From contig OY968796.1 of NCBI GenBank assembly GCA_963695545.1, forward strand, positions 736,001 through 800,000: a DNA stretch of 64,000 nt. The letters run 5' to 3'. How positions within the stretch are numbered: position 1 is the first letter of the stretch; every line of letters begins with the position of its first letter. The position numbers and the translations under genes were made by a program. Positions 19,060-28,588 of this stretch are shown here, piece by piece. The notes below the pieces were generated by a model. The model did no database searches. It worked only from the letters and a program-made list of their open reading frames with translations, and was not told where the DNA came from. Origin of the DNA: Terriglobia bacterium. Lineage in GTDB: Bacteria > Acidobacteriota > Terriglobia > Acidiferrales > UBA7541.

Positions 19060-21177
19060 TTATCCGACCGCCGCGAGTTGATAGCGGCGCTGCCAATCCG
19101 GCGTGAGCGAATCGAGCAGGCGCCGGCAGGCAGCCTCGGCTTCGGGATTTTCAAAGAGCGCGAAGGCTTCGGTGCGCGCAAGCTCGAGCAATTCGGAATC
19201 GCGCAGCGGATTCGCGAAATGAAAGCCGAGCTCGCCGTGCTGGCGAGTGCCGAAGAATTCGCCGGGGCCGCGGAGTTTCAGATCCGTTTCGGCGATCACG
19301 AAACCGTCGGTTGTGGCGACCATGGTTTCAAGGCGCACGCGCGCGTCGTCGGAGACAGATTCGGGCGCGACAAGAATACAAGTTCCCTTCTGACCGCCGC
19401 GGCCGGTGCGTCCGCGTAGTTGATGAAGTTGCGCGAGACCGAAACGATCAGCGTGCTCGATGACCATGGCCGTCGCGTTCGGGACGTCCACGCCGACTTC
19501 GATCACCGTGGTGGTGACGAGCAGATCGATGTCGCGGCGGCGAAAGCGGTCCATCACGTCTTCTTTTTCTTCGCTGCGCATGCGGCCGTGCAGCAAGCCG
19601 ACGCGCGCGGCCGGAAAAGCCGTGGCGCGCAGGCGCTCGTATTCGACCATCGCGGCTTTAAGAGAGCGCTGCGATTCGGCGTTCTTGCTTTGCTCGATCA
19701 CGGGATAGACGACGAAGGCCTGTCGGCCGCGCGCGATTTCCTGGCGCAGAAAATCCCACACGCCAGCGAGGCGCTCTTCGCGCACCCAGCGCGTGGTGAC
19801 CGGCGCGCGGCCGGGCGGCATTTGGTCGATCACGGAGAGATCGAGATCGCCGTAGAGCGTGAGCGAAAGCGTGCGCGGGATGGGCGTGGCGGTCATCACG
19901 AGAACGTCAGGCATGGCGCCTTTTTCGATGAGGCGCTTGCGCTGCAGGACGCCGAAGCGGTGCTGTTCATCCACAACCACGAGGCCAAGGCGCTTGAAGC
20001 CAACCGGATCCTCAAGAATCGCGTGCGTGCCGACGACGAGTTGCGCCTGACCAGATTGGACACGCTCGACCGCGGCGCGCTTTTCGGCGGGTTTCAAGCC
20101 GCTCACGAGCAGCTCGACGCGGTAACCGGATGCGGCGAACAAGCGGCGCGCTTCAAGGTAATGTTGCGCGGCGAGGATTTCGGTGGGCGCCATGAGCGCG
20201 GCCTGGAAACCGTTTTCGATGACGATGGCTGCGGATTCGAGCGCGACAATCGTTTTTCCGCTGCCGACGTCGCCTTGCAGCAAACGATTCATGGGCACGG
20301 GTCGCTCGAGATCGCCGACGATTTCCGCGAGCACGCGCTTCTGCGCGTCGGTGGGCTTGAATGGGAGGACGCGTTTGAGCGCTTCGCGAATGCGGTCTTC
20401 GCGCACACGAAACGCGATGCCGGGCTGTTGTTTTTCGCGGCGGCGGCGCAATGCGACGCTCAATTGGTAGAAGAAAAATTCCTCGAAGATCAGGCGCCGA
20501 TGCGCGGGCGAGCGAAATGCGTTGAGCGCATCGACGGAGACGTCGGCCGGGGGAAAGTGGACGAAGGCGAGCGCGTCGCCGCGCGACGGAAAATCGTAGC
20601 GCGCGCGCAATTCGCGCGGCAGCGGATCGGGCAACGCGCCGGCCACGGCGGATTGCGCGGCGTAAATGATGCGCCGCAGCGTGCGCGAGCCGATCGAGCC
20701 GATGGCTTCGTAGATGGGAACGATGCGGCCGACTTCGGTGGAGTCGACATCGCCCGTGCCGATCAGCTCGTATTCGGGATTCACCATTTCGATTCGGCCG
20801 GGGCGATATTTATCGAGTTCGGCTTTGCCGTGCAGCACGATGCGCTGGCCGGAGCGGAAGCGCTTTTCGAGATACGCGCCGTGAAAAAATTTGCAGGCGA
20901 GAGAGCCGCTGGCATCGCGCACCAGGAGGTGATAAACGCCGCCGGCTCGGCCGCGATAGCGGACGAGGCCGCCGTCCGCGACCTCGGCCTGCAGCGTGTA
21001 CGTGCCGCCGGGTTGGACTTCGCGCAGCGGAGTGAAATTGATGCGATCTTCGTAGCGAAATGGAAGATAGCCGAGCAAATCCTCGAGGGTGCGGATGCCG
21101 CGCTCGGCCAGCAACTGGGCGCGCTGCGGGCCAACGCCTTTCAGATACATCACTTCGGACGTGGGTGTGAGCGGCAT
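19060..21177 (-). CDS. recG: ATP-dependent DNA helicase RecG
   Basis: RLLQGDVGSGKT, MAPTEILA, DEQHRFG, MTATPIPRTL, QLHQLRGR.GRG. Confidence 0.96.
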   Translation of the reverse strand: MPLTPTSEVMYLKGVGPQRAQLLAERGIRTLEDLLGYLPFRYEDRINFTPLREVQPGGTYTLQAEVADGGLVRYRGRAGGVYHLLVRDASGSLACKFFHGAYLEKRFRSGQRIVLHGKAELDKYRPGRIEMVNPEYELIGTGDVDSTEVGRIVPIYEAIGSIGSRTLRRIIYAAQSAVAGALPDPLPRELRARYDFPSRGDALAFVHFPPADVSVDALNAFRSPAHRRLIFEEFFFYQLSVALRRRREKQQPGIAFRVREDRIREALKRVLPFKPTDAQKRVLAEIVGDLERPVPMNRLLQGDVGSGKTIVALESAAIVIENGFQAALMAPTEILAAQHYLEARRLFAASGYRVELLVSGLKPAEKRAAVERVQSGQAQLVVGTHAILEDPVGFKRLGLVVVDEQHRFGVLQRKRLIEKGAMPDVLVMTATPIPRTLSLTLYGDLDLSVIDQMPPGRAPVTTRWVREERLAGVWDFLRQEIARGRQAFVVYPVIEQSKNAESQRSLKAAMVEYERLRATAFPAARVGLLHGRMRSEEKEDVMDRFRRRDIDLLVTTTVIEVGVDVPNATAMVIEHADRFGLAQLHQLRGRTGRGGQKGTCILVAPESVSDDARVRLETMVATTDGFVIAETDLKLRGPGEFFGTRQHGELGFHFANPLRDSELLELARTEAFALFENPEAEAACRRLLDSLTPDWQRRYQLAAVG

Positions 21178-21447
21178 CGGTCACTTATATCATTTTACTC
21201 ATTGCGTTCCCCGTGCCGCCGGGAGGCGAGAAGCGTGTTCGAAATAATTTCCACAGGAGGCAAAATTGAAAAGTTTCGGGCGTTAGCGGAAGGCGCGAGG
21301 CAAGGCGGGCCAAAGACCGCACCGCGCCGCAGCGGGCCTTCGGCGTTAAAACCGAAGAGTGCGGCACTCGAATGCAAGAACCGCGGCGAGTGGCGGCATG
21401 CGGGATTCGCCCGGCCGCACGGAGGAGAAATGAGCGGTGGGCGAAAC

Positions 21448-21477
21448 TTGCCAACGGCGGGCGCGTACCGATAGAGT
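21448..21477 (+). promoter_or_regulatory. Possible sigma70 promoter for the CPBP gene
   Basis: TTGCCA, 18-nt spacer, TAGAGT, followed by GGAGG SD at 21490-21494. Confidence 0.35.
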
Positions 21478-21499
21478 GAGTCGGTTTGCGGAGGAATAT

Positions 21500-24400
21500 C
21501 TGGCTCTTGAGAAATTAACGCGCGGGGACAAACGCACGCTGCTGATCTGGCTGCTTTGGGCGGCCGTCGGACTGGGCGTGGCGTGGCATTATTTTCCGCG
21601 CGCTTTCCCCGAAGCGTCGGTGAATTTTCGTGTCTCGCGCGGCGAGGCGCTGGATCGCGCGCGGCAATTCGTCGCGGGGCAACGCGGCGACGTTGCGGGA
21701 ATGCGCTCGACGATCGTGTTCGACGTAGACGACACGGCCAAGACGTATCTTGAGCGCGAAGTCGGGCTAAAGAACGCGAATCAATTGATGGCTTCCGACG
21801 TGAGCACGTGGTACTGGAGCGTGCGATTTTTCCGACCGCTGCAGCAGGAAGAATTTTCGGTGCGCGTGGCGCCGAGCGGGCGGATCGTTGGCTACGATCA
21901 CGTGATTAAAGAGGGCGCGCCTGGCGCGCGCCTGGATGGTGACGCGGCGCGCGCGGCGGCGGAAGCGTTCGCGAGCGACGCGCTGGGGCAGAACCTTGCG
22001 TCGTACGATTTCCTGCCGGCGGAATCGAATTCGACGGAGCGGCCCAACCGGCGCGATTGGAGCTTCACCTGGGAGCGGCACGGATTTCGCGCGAAGGACG
22101 CGCCGTATCGCATGCGCGTTTCGCTTGAGGGCGATCGACTTGGCGAATACACGGAATTCCTGAAAGTTCCGGAGGTCTGGCAAACGGGCTACGAGCGGCT
22201 GCGCTCGTCGAACGATTTTATTGAGACGCTGGCGATTGTGCCGTACGCGATGCTCCTGGGTGCGTGCTTGTGGGTGATCATCGTGCTGGGGCGCGCGGGC
22301 GAGCTCGAATGGAAATCGGGAATCGCGCTGGGCGCGGTGCTGACGGCGCTTTATTTCGCGATGACCTTGAACACCTGGCCCGAAATTTTATCGGGCTACG
22401 ACACCAACACATCGTATTCAAGTTTCCTGTTCGGCCAAATCGCCGAGGCTTTCATGATTTCGATTTCGTCGGCGCTGCTGGTGGTGGCGGCGGTTGTGCC
22501 GGGCGAGCCGCTGTATCGCGCGGCGCTGCCGACACGGCTGCGGCTGTGGATCATGGGGCGCTTTCCGGCGATGCGCTCGCGTGAATTTTTCCGCTCATGC
22601 ACGATCGGGGTGTGCCTTGCGGCGGTGTCCATCGGCTACCAGGTGGTGTTCTACATCGTGGCGGGACATTTCGGGGCGTGGGCGCCGCAAGACGTGCAGT
22701 ACGACAACGTGGTGAGCACGGCGGTGCCGTGGATTTTTCCGCTGACGATTGGATTGTACGCGGCGACCAGCGAAGAATTCCTGTTTCGCATGTTCGCGAT
22801 TCCTTTTGTGCGGCGCCTCACGAAATCGAGTTTCCTGGCGGTGGTGCTGCCGGCGTTTGCGTGGGGATTTTTGCATTCCAATTATCCGCAAGAGCCGCCT
22901 TACATTCGCGGGCTTGAAGTGGGATTGTTCGGGATCGCCGCAGGACTGGTGATGCTGCGCTGGGGAATTTTGACGACGCTGGTGTGGCACTACACGGTGG
23001 ACGCGGTATTGAGCGGGCTGCTGCTGGTGCAATCGACGAGTTTGTATCTGCGCGTTTCGGGACTGGTGGTGGGCGGCGCGGCGCTGATACCGCTGGCGAT
23101 CGCCGGATTTTTTTATGTGGCGCGAGGAGGGTTCGAGCCGTCGCTAGAGCTCGAGAACCGCGCGGTGCCCGCGCCGCCGGCTTTGGCGGAGATTGGAGTG
23201 GAGGCGGGGGAAGCGTCGCTTGTGGAGCGGGCGGCATTCGATGCTCCGGAGACTTCGATCGCGCGGCGCTACGACAGAATCTGGCGCAGGAAGCTCGCGC
23301 TGCTGGTCGCGTGCGGATTGATCGGCGCGCTGCTGCTGTGGCGCGTGCATCCGCAGGAGATCGGGAGCTACGTGCGATTTTCGGCCGATGCGAACGAGGC
23401 CACGGCGAGCGCGGACCAAGCGCTGCGAGGTTGGAACGTCGATCCGGCGAGCTACCATCACGCGGCGACGATTGCGTACACCTTCAACGATTACACAAAC
23501 GAATTTTTGCGCCGCGCGGTGGGAATCGACGGCGCGAATCGCATCTACGAGCAGCAGGTGCCATCGGCGTTCTGGACCGTGCGCTATTTTCGCGATTTGC
23601 AGAAACAAGAGTACACCGTGGTGCTCTACCCGGATGGCGGACTTTATTCCGTGCACCACACCCTGCCGGAGGACGCGCCGGGAGCGAATCTTTCGAAGGA
23701 CGACGCGCTCGCGCTGGCGGATTCGTGGGTGGCGCGAGAAAAACATTTCGATCTTTCCGCGTGGAAACTGGTGGATTCGCAATCGAAAAAGCAGACCAAT
23801 CGCACCGATCATGTCTTCACGTGGGAGCAGCTGGCGGCGCTGGGCACGGCGCCGGGAGCTTCCGGTCCGGCGCACGTGCGCATCGAACTGCATGTGCAGG
23901 GAGCGGAGGTGTCCGGCTTTCGGACGTACGTGAAAATTCCGGAGGATTGGGAGCGCAACGAGAGCCAGACGACTCTGGCGGGGACGATTTCAAGCGCGGG
24001 ACTCGTCGGGCTCGCGGTGGTCGCCGGCTTTGCGGTGCTGGCGATTTTTTTCCGCAATCTGAGGAAACCGGACATGTCAGAAGTGCCGTGGCGACGCATG
24101 GCGAAGTGGGCGCTGGTGGTGCCGGTGGCGGCGATCGTGAAGTATGCGGCGACTTCGCCGCAACTGCTCGGAGGTTATCCGACGGAGATGCCGCTGAAGA
24201 TTTACATCGCGACGCTGTGCGTGGTGCTGCCGCTGGCCGTGATTCTGGTTTACACCGCGGCGTTTTTTCTGATGGGGCTGGGATGGTTTTTCCTGGCGCG
24301 GGCATTTGCACGCGAGAATTTGCCGGTGTGGAGCGGAATGCCCGCGGCGTATTACACGGATGCGTTTTGCGTGGGCTTGTTCGGCGCGGCGGCGTGGATG

Positions 24401-24973
24401 GGGCTGCGGCGACTGCCATCGCTCGTCGCAGCACGCCGGCCGATGCTGCATCACAGTCTGGCGGCGGCCGTTCCCTCGGCGCTCGATTCGAGATGGCCGG
24501 CCGCGACTGGGCTTGCGAGCATGGTGAACACGGGATTTTTCGGATTCGCGTTGCTCGCGGTGATTGCGGGTTTTCTGTGCTACGGCGCGATGCGGCGAAC
24601 GGGAATTCGAGCGGCGGTGCTGGTACTGATTCCGATTCTGGCGGCGATCGACGCGGGCACGCTGGGCTCGTTTGCGCGGTCGGCCGTGGCGGACATTATT
24701 GTGTTGTGCGTGCTGTGGTGGGTGGTATCGAAACTCGTGCGCTTTAACATGATGGGATATTTCCTGCTGTTCGCCACGCTGGTGGCGGCGGAATCGGCGG
24801 CGGAACTTTTGGCCCAGCCGAATTCTTTTTATCACGCGAACGGCGCCGTGGTGTGCATCGTCGGGATCTTGCTGCTCGCGTGGCCGTTGGTGGCTTGGCG
24901 ACGCGCGGCGTCGCATGGCGCGGGCGCGGCGCATGCGGCGGCGGACGGAGAGAACCGTGGCGATGCCGCCTGA
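21500..24973 (+). CDS. Large CPBP (Abi/CAAX-like) intramembrane glutamic metalloprotease with internal duplication
   Basis: SEEFLFR, FAWGFLHS, WHYTVDA motifs; many TM helices; two homologous extracytoplasmic domains. Start uncertain (CTG 21500 or GTG 21437). Confidence 0.8.
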   Translation: MALEKLTRGDKRTLLIWLLWAAVGLGVAWHYFPRAFPEASVNFRVSRGEALDRARQFVAGQRGDVAGMRSTIVFDVDDTAKTYLEREVGLKNANQLMASDVSTWYWSVRFFRPLQQEEFSVRVAPSGRIVGYDHVIKEGAPGARLDGDAARAAAEAFASDALGQNLASYDFLPAESNSTERPNRRDWSFTWERHGFRAKDAPYRMRVSLEGDRLGEYTEFLKVPEVWQTGYERLRSSNDFIETLAIVPYAMLLGACLWVIIVLGRAGELEWKSGIALGAVLTALYFAMTLNTWPEILSGYDTNTSYSSFLFGQIAEAFMISISSALLVVAAVVPGEPLYRAALPTRLRLWIMGRFPAMRSREFFRSCTIGVCLAAVSIGYQVVFYIVAGHFGAWAPQDVQYDNVVSTAVPWIFPLTIGLYAATSEEFLFRMFAIPFVRRLTKSSFLAVVLPAFAWGFLHSNYPQEPPYIRGLEVGLFGIAAGLVMLRWGILTTLVWHYTVDAVLSGLLLVQSTSLYLRVSGLVVGGAALIPLAIAGFFYVARGGFEPSLELENRAVPAPPALAEIGVEAGEASLVERAAFDAPETSIARRYDRIWRRKLALLVACGLIGALLLWRVHPQEIGSYVRFSADANEATASADQALRGWNVDPASYHHAATIAYTFNDYTNEFLRRAVGIDGANRIYEQQVPSAFWTVRYFRDLQKQEYTVVLYPDGGLYSVHHTLPEDAPGANLSKDDALALADSWVAREKHFDLSAWKLVDSQSKKQTNRTDHVFTWEQLAALGTAPGASGPAHVRIELHVQGAEVSGFRTYVKIPEDWERNESQTTLAGTISSAGLVGLAVVAGFAVLAIFFRNLRKPDMSEVPWRRMAKWALVVPVAAIVKYAATSPQLLGGYPTEMPLKIYIATLCVVLPLAVILVYTAAFFLMGLGWFFLARAFARENLPVWSGMPAAYYTDAFCVGLFGAAAWMGLRRLPSLVAARRPMLHHSLAAAVPSALDSRWPAATGLASMVNTGFFGFALLAVIAGFLCYGAMRRTGIRAAVLVLIPILAAIDAGTLGSFARSAVADIIVLCVLWWVVSKLVRFNMMGYFLLFATLVAAESAAELLAQPNSFYHANGAVVCIVGILLLAWPLVAWRRAASHGAGAAHAAADGENRGDAA

Positions 24974-25181
24974 AACCGCGCCGAGGGGCGTCTCGCGCGC
25001 GTGGCAATGGGGCGAATATATTCTGGCCATTCTCGCCGGGAATATTCTTTATCTGCTGATCGAACCATATTTGCCGATCGAGCTGCGGCATCGGTTGTTC
25101 CGCGCGGATCCCGGCGTGCTGCTCGATTTCTTGATCTGCGCGGGGATTTATGGATTGGTGCGGCTCGCGCGCCGGATTTAA
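24963..25181 (+). CDS. Small two-TM membrane protein
   Basis: Two hydrophobic segments; overlaps the CPBP gene end and abuts the APC permease. Confidence 0.6.
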   Translation: MPPETAPRGVSRAWQWGEYILAILAGNILYLLIEPYLPIELRHRLFRADPGVLLDFLICAGIYGLVRLARRI

Positions 25182-25196
25182 TTTTCCGGAACCGGC

Positions 25197-26576
25197 GTGA
25201 TGAAGCGCGCAACGAGCGAGCATCGGAAAAATCTTGGCGTGACGCCGCGCGCAATGCGCAAGATGACGCTCGCCGGGATGATCGCGGCTACTTATTTCAT
25301 GGTCGCCGGCGGCCCGTACGGATTGGAAGACGTTGTTCAGAAGACAGGCTACGCGGGCACCCTCCTCATTCTGATTCTCACGCCGATACTGTGGAGCATT
25401 CCGACAGCGTGGATGGTCAGCGAGCTTTCAACCGCATTGCCGGAAGACGGCGGCTTTTACATTTGGGTGCGCCGCGGCATGGGGCATTTCTGGGGATTCC
25501 AGGAAGCGTGGCTCACGCTGACGGGCAGCTTGCTCGAGATGGCACTTTATCCGGTGCTGTTCGTGAGCTACCTCGAGCGGTTCGTGCCACGAATGGCGGC
25601 GGGGTACACGGGCGTCGCGCTGGAATTGGCGATCATCGTGGCGTGCACGGCGTGGAATATTTTGGGCGCGGGCGCGGTGGGAGAAGCGTCAGTGTGGCTG
25701 AATGTTGCGCTGCTGTTGCCGTTCGTCGGCGTGGTGATTGCGGCGCTGGCGCGATCGCATGCGGCTTCGGCGGCGCCGGTTTCGGCTACGCCACTGCTTC
25801 ATGCGGATTTGATCGGCGCGCTCCTGATCGCGATGTGGAATTACATGGGCTGGGACAATCTTTCAACGGTGGCCGGAGAGACGGAACGGCCGCGGCGAAA
25901 TTACCCGCTGGCGATGGCGGGAGCGGTGGCGCTCGTGACGCTGAGCTATCTGATTCCGGTTGGCGCGGTGGCGCGGACGGGTCTCGATCCGAATCAGTGG
26001 ACGACGGGCGGATGGGTGGACGTGGGCCAATTGTTGGGCGGCACGCTGCTGGCGCTGGCGGTGGCGATCGCCGGGATGCTCGGCGCGTTTGGCACGTTTG
26101 GTTCGCTGATGATGTCGTTCTCGCGGCTGCCGGTGGTGCTGGCCGAGGACGGTTATCTGCCGCGCGTGTTCGCGCGCAAGTATCGGCGCACGGGCGCGCC
26201 GTGGGTGGCGATTGTGGTGTGCGCGATCGGATGGGCGGCGCTGCTGCCGCTTGGATTTGAACGCCTGGTACTGCTCGATGTGCTTTTAACCGGGCTAAGT
26301 ATTTTGCTGGAATTTTGGGCGCTGGTGGCGTTGCGCGTGCGCGAGCCGGAACTTGCGCGGCCGAGCCGAGTGCCGGGCGGAATCGCTGGAACGGTGCTGA
26401 TCGGTTTGCCTCCGCTGGCGCTGCTGGTTTTGGCGGGAGTGCGCGAGCGCACCGAAAAAATCGGGCCCGTGAGCGAATTGACGGTGGGCGGGATCGTGGT
26501 GCTCCTAGGCGTCGTGGTGTATATGTTCGGACGGTGGCGTCGCGAGCGCATCGCGGCACCCGGGGGGCCTTACTGA
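25197..26576 (+). CDS. APC family amino acid/polyamine permease
   Basis: VAGGPYGLE, ELSTALPEDGGFYIWV, WNYMGWD, LAEDGYLP; about 12 TM helices. Confidence 0.9.
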   Translation: MMKRATSEHRKNLGVTPRAMRKMTLAGMIAATYFMVAGGPYGLEDVVQKTGYAGTLLILILTPILWSIPTAWMVSELSTALPEDGGFYIWVRRGMGHFWGFQEAWLTLTGSLLEMALYPVLFVSYLERFVPRMAAGYTGVALELAIIVACTAWNILGAGAVGEASVWLNVALLLPFVGVVIAALARSHAASAAPVSATPLLHADLIGALLIAMWNYMGWDNLSTVAGETERPRRNYPLAMAGAVALVTLSYLIPVGAVARTGLDPNQWTTGGWVDVGQLLGGTLLALAVAIAGMLGAFGTFGSLMMSFSRLPVVLAEDGYLPRVFARKYRRTGAPWVAIVVCAIGWAALLPLGFERLVLLDVLLTGLSILLEFWALVALRVREPELARPSRVPGGIAGTVLIGLPPLALLVLAGVRERTEKIGPVSELTVGGIVVLLGVVVYMFGRWRRERIAAPGGPY

Positions 26577-26786
26577 GCCCTGATTCCAAAGGCTTTTGGG
26601 TGCGCCGCGGATCGCGTTGGAAAGCTCGAGAATCGCTGCTATCCTTTGCCGCGCCTCGCCGTCTAAGTGACCGAGAACCAGCCGGCAGGCATCTAAATAG
26701 TAGGGGTACGCCACGCTGCCGCACCCGTGACCCAGGGCGGAATTGCGACGCGCAACGCCGGCGGTCACACACGAGGGCACGACATA

Positions 26787-27473
26787 ATGGCCGTTGAGGG
26801 AATGACATTTGCCCTGCCAACGGGTCCCAACCGGCCCGGCTGCGACGATTCCGCGTCGAATGCGGGCATCTTGCATCCAGCCCTGCCGCAGACGGACGAG
26901 AGAGCGCTGATCGAGCGTGCCCAGGCCGGAGACCGGCCGGCGTTCGATGAGTTGGTGCGGCGCTACGACCGGGCGGTACTGCGGCTGGCGACGAACGTGC
27001 TGCGCACGCCCGAAGATGCGCGCGACGCTTATCAAGAATCTTTCCTGAAAATTTACAAAAACATTTCGCGCTTTCGATTCGAGTGCAGCTTCTACACGTG
27101 GGTCTATCGCGTGGTGACGAATTCGTGCCTCGATCATCTTCGCCGCCGCGAGAGCCGGCCGGAGGATCAGGCGCCGGAGGCACATCCGCACGAACGCAGC
27201 GAAGCGGTGGCGGATTTCTTCGACCGGCAAGCCGCGACCTCTCCGGCAGCCAATCCGGAACGCAACACGTTCAATCAGGAAATCGCGCAGCGTATTGCGC
27301 AGGCGCTCGAGGGGCTGACGCCGCGCGAGCGCATGATTTTCGCGATGAAACATTATCAAGGCCTGAAGTTGCGCGCGATCGGCGAGACGCTGGGCACGAC
27401 CGAAGAAACCGTGAAAAATTCGCTGTTTCGCGCGACGCGAAAACTGCGCGCGCAATTGGGAGGCCTGCTGTGA
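26787..27473 (+). CDS. ECF RNA polymerase sigma factor (ECF-1)
   Basis: AFDELVRRY, DARDAYQESFLK, FYTWVYRVVTN, region-4 HTH (LRAIGETLG...VKNSLFRA). Start 26787 or 26802. Confidence 0.93.
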   Translation: MAVEGMTFALPTGPNRPGCDDSASNAGILHPALPQTDERALIERAQAGDRPAFDELVRRYDRAVLRLATNVLRTPEDARDAYQESFLKIYKNISRFRFECSFYTWVYRVVTNSCLDHLRRRESRPEDQAPEAHPHERSEAVADFFDRQAATSPAANPERNTFNQEIAQRIAQALEGLTPRERMIFAMKHYQGLKLRAIGETLGTTEETVKNSLFRATRKLRAQLGGLL

Positions 27474-28579
27474 CGGAATCCGAGCGTCACGCGGCGCCGG
27501 CTCCCTGCCGCGGAAATTCCGAAATGCCCGACATGAGTGAGCGCTTGCTGCTCTACGTCGCCGATGAACTCGATGCTCAGGAACGCGCGGCGGTCGAAGC
27601 GCACGTGCGCGAATGCGCGGCGTGCAGGGCGGCGCTTGAAAGCGAAGAATTGCTACTGGATTGGATCGCGGCAGCCGAGCCGGCCAAGGATCTCGACAGC
27701 TCCGGCATGATGCTGGCGCAATCGCGCAGCGAACTCACGCAGGCGCTCGACGAAGCGGACGATGCCCGGCGCGCGAAACATCCTTGGCTTGCGCTTCTCG
27801 CGGCTCCGGCGTGGCTGCCGAAGCTGCGCAGCGCGTGGGCGTTGCATCCGGCCGCGAGCAGCGTCGTTCTTCTGGCGTTGGGATTCGCGCTGGGAGTTGG
27901 CGTGCCGACGTGGGTGCGCTTCGGATCATCGCCGGCACCGGGCAAGCCTGCGATGGTGGTGAACGCGGCGCCGCGACTTTCCGAGCAAGCGTTGCAGAGC
28001 GTCAGCTCGGTCGGCCTCAATTGGGAAACGCCGGAGGATTCCTCAACGCCGCGCGTGCAACTGCAATTGAATTCGGACAATCCCATGCACCTTGAAGGCG
28101 GCCCGGACGACGCCGACGTCGAGCGCGTTCTCACATTCGTGGTGGCCAATGGCCAGCGGTTTGATCCGGGTGTGCTGCTCGATTCGGTCGATCTGCTCGC
28201 GACGCGCGTGGCTGATCCCGCAGTGCGCAGCGCGCTTTGCGACGCTGCGAGCACGGACCCGAACCCCGGCGTGCGGCTGAAGGCTGTCGAAGCGCTGCGA
28301 GGATACGGCCGCGACCCTGAGGTGCAAAAAGTTCTGCTCGACGCGCTCGGACAAGACGACAATTCCGGCGTGCGCATCGAGGCCGTGAATGCGCTTAGCG
28401 CCGCGCTTTCAAGCGCAGGCGAAGACGCGGGAAGTTCGGCGGCTTCCGCGCGTGATCCGCAAGTGGTCGAGGTGCTGCGCCGAAGCGCGCAGAACGATTC
28501 CAATCATTACGTTCGTCTGACGGCTGCGGCGGCGTTGCAGCAAATCGCCGCGGACCAGACGACGGCTCCGGCACCGTAG
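27470..28579 (+). CDS. Anti-sigma factor: zinc-finger (zf-HC2) + TM + HEAT-repeat extracytoplasmic domain
   Basis: HVRECAAC (HxxxCxxC), one TM, repeats DPNPGVRLKAVEAL / DDNSGVRIEAVNAL / DSNHYVRL; GTGA overlap with the sigma stop. Confidence 0.85.
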   Translation: MTESERHAAPAPCRGNSEMPDMSERLLLYVADELDAQERAAVEAHVRECAACRAALESEELLLDWIAAAEPAKDLDSSGMMLAQSRSELTQALDEADDARRAKHPWLALLAAPAWLPKLRSAWALHPAASSVVLLALGFALGVGVPTWVRFGSSPAPGKPAMVVNAAPRLSEQALQSVSSVGLNWETPEDSSTPRVQLQLNSDNPMHLEGGPDDADVERVLTFVVANGQRFDPGVLLDSVDLLATRVADPAVRSALCDAASTDPNPGVRLKAVEALRGYGRDPEVQKVLLDALGQDDNSGVRIEAVNALSAALSSAGEDAGSSAASARDPQVVEVLRRSAQNDSNHYVRLTAAAALQQIAADQTTAPAP

Positions 28580-28588
28580 AGATACCGC

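Noticed and set aside
19420..21474. 684-aa ORF antisense to recG
   Set aside because: Mirror-frame ORF expected from GC-rich codon bias; no recognisable motifs; recG explains the region.
22984..24747. 587-aa alternative-frame ORF inside the CPBP gene
   Set aside because: Arg/Gly-rich off-frame translation typical of high-GC DNA.
25786..27455. Long minus-strand ORFs over the APC permease and ECF-1
   Set aside because: Low-complexity shadow frames with no domain signal.
27083..27469. N-terminal extension of the anti-sigma ORF in the track
   Set aside because: Overlaps the sigma gene; GTG 27470 with a GTGA overlap is the more plausible start.
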